Source: Lingula anatina
Lineage: Eukaryota; Animalia; Brachiopoda
Length of the DNA stretch: 64,000 bases
Reading direction: 5' to 3'
Assembly: GCA_051362555.1 (NCBI GenBank)
Contig: CM120648.1
Coordinates: forward strand, 17,418,587 to 17,482,586
The notes under the pieces were generated by a model. It was not told the DNA's origin, searched no databases, and saw nothing but the letters and a program-made list of their open reading frames with translations. Position numbers and translations under genes: made by a program. Below are positions 63,150 to 64,000 of this stretch, in pieces; positions within the stretch are counted from its first letter, which is position 1, and every line of letters starts with the position of its first letter.

Positions 63150-64000
63150 ACACTGAAAGTTAGATCTGTTTTTTTTTAATTATCAGTGGTTTTAGTCTGA
63201 TTTTGGAATGAATATCTTTGCTAAAATAAATGATGGGCCATAACTGAGAACTATCGGGTTTTCAAAGTATATGGTATGCTTGTATTTGACTCAGGTAGTA
63301 GTTGAAGTATCTGTGGTCTTTGGAGTAATGTTTTAACTCATCCCTTCTGCCGGCAAGTGCAACACTGTTAGAAATTGTTAGAGCCTCATCATATTGAGTG
63401 TCAAGGTACCGTGTATATGTTTTTTATGCTCTTTTCTAAACCATCCCAGTCTTTTTATCTTTTCATCATTTATCACTAAGTGTGGTGTATTATCGCCATC
63501 TCTTAAAAGGTCGAACATGATTTATTTGGTTTTGTCAATTAATTGATTGTTTTAACAATAAAAATAAATAATTGGAATCACTAGACCACATAGTGAGATC
63601 TGCTGTTGTAGATGGGAGACTGCCTTATTTATGTACGGCTCTATAATTCAGGATACCATTGATATCTACACATTTAATATTGTCCTATTCAGATTTTATG
63701 TCAGTGATCATAACAGCAAAGAAGACTGAACCGAATTCGGTCCCATGCGGTACACCTGCATTTATAGTCAACCGTTGAGATTTTGCATTTTCAGGTTTTG
63801 AAACAGGAGTCCCTTTCTGACAGAAAGCTATAAATTCATCTGTCCTTTTTCTAGGATTTCAAGATAATTTTTTCGATGAGCAGTCCTGGTATAATCCACT
63901 AAAAGCATTTTGGTGCACTGCCCAGGTGGGTTAGTCGGTCTTGAGATAATGTTAATTCCTTCAATCAATACAAATGTTGTGGTGCTGCATTTAAAATGCC
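63150..64000 (-). mobile_element. Degraded LINE reverse-transcriptase remnant
   Basis: Minus strand LTINAGVPHGTEFGSVFFAVMITDI...IKCVD (decayed GVPQG...YVDD motifs) and QYDEAL....LAGRR; stops and frameshifts. Confidence 0.7.

Overview
AT-rich animal genomic DNA with spliceosomal introns; the repeat content looks like an invertebrate, possibly a mollusc or other lophotrochozoan (inference only). Genes reconstructed by hand from splice sites and reading phase: (1) a complete 4-exon hairy/HES1-type bHLH-Orange-WRPW gene (11570-19181, +) with Su(H)/CSL, N-box, E-box and CCAAT motifs around it; (2) a 6-exon, 376-aa secreted, probably GPI-anchored Ly6/uPAR three-finger protein (47732-50868, -) whose LU domain is split by a 143-aa acidic, Tyr- and Thr-rich insert and followed by an EB/EGF-like module; (3) a PAN/Apple + C-type lectin gene (54327-57564, +) facing two duplicated C-type lectin exon pairs (-). 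Mobile DNA: an intact BEL/Pao LTR retrotransposon (37696-46007) with apparently identical 719-bp TG...TA LTRs, an ORF starting inside the LTR and a mucin-like repeat in Gag; a dead Tc1 element; a Helentron-associated (HINE-like) element carrying a 161-bp satellite; several fold-back MITEs; degraded LINE pieces; and a C-rich minisatellite with higher-order structure. No prokaryotic features, CRISPR arrays, rRNA or tRNA genes were seen.
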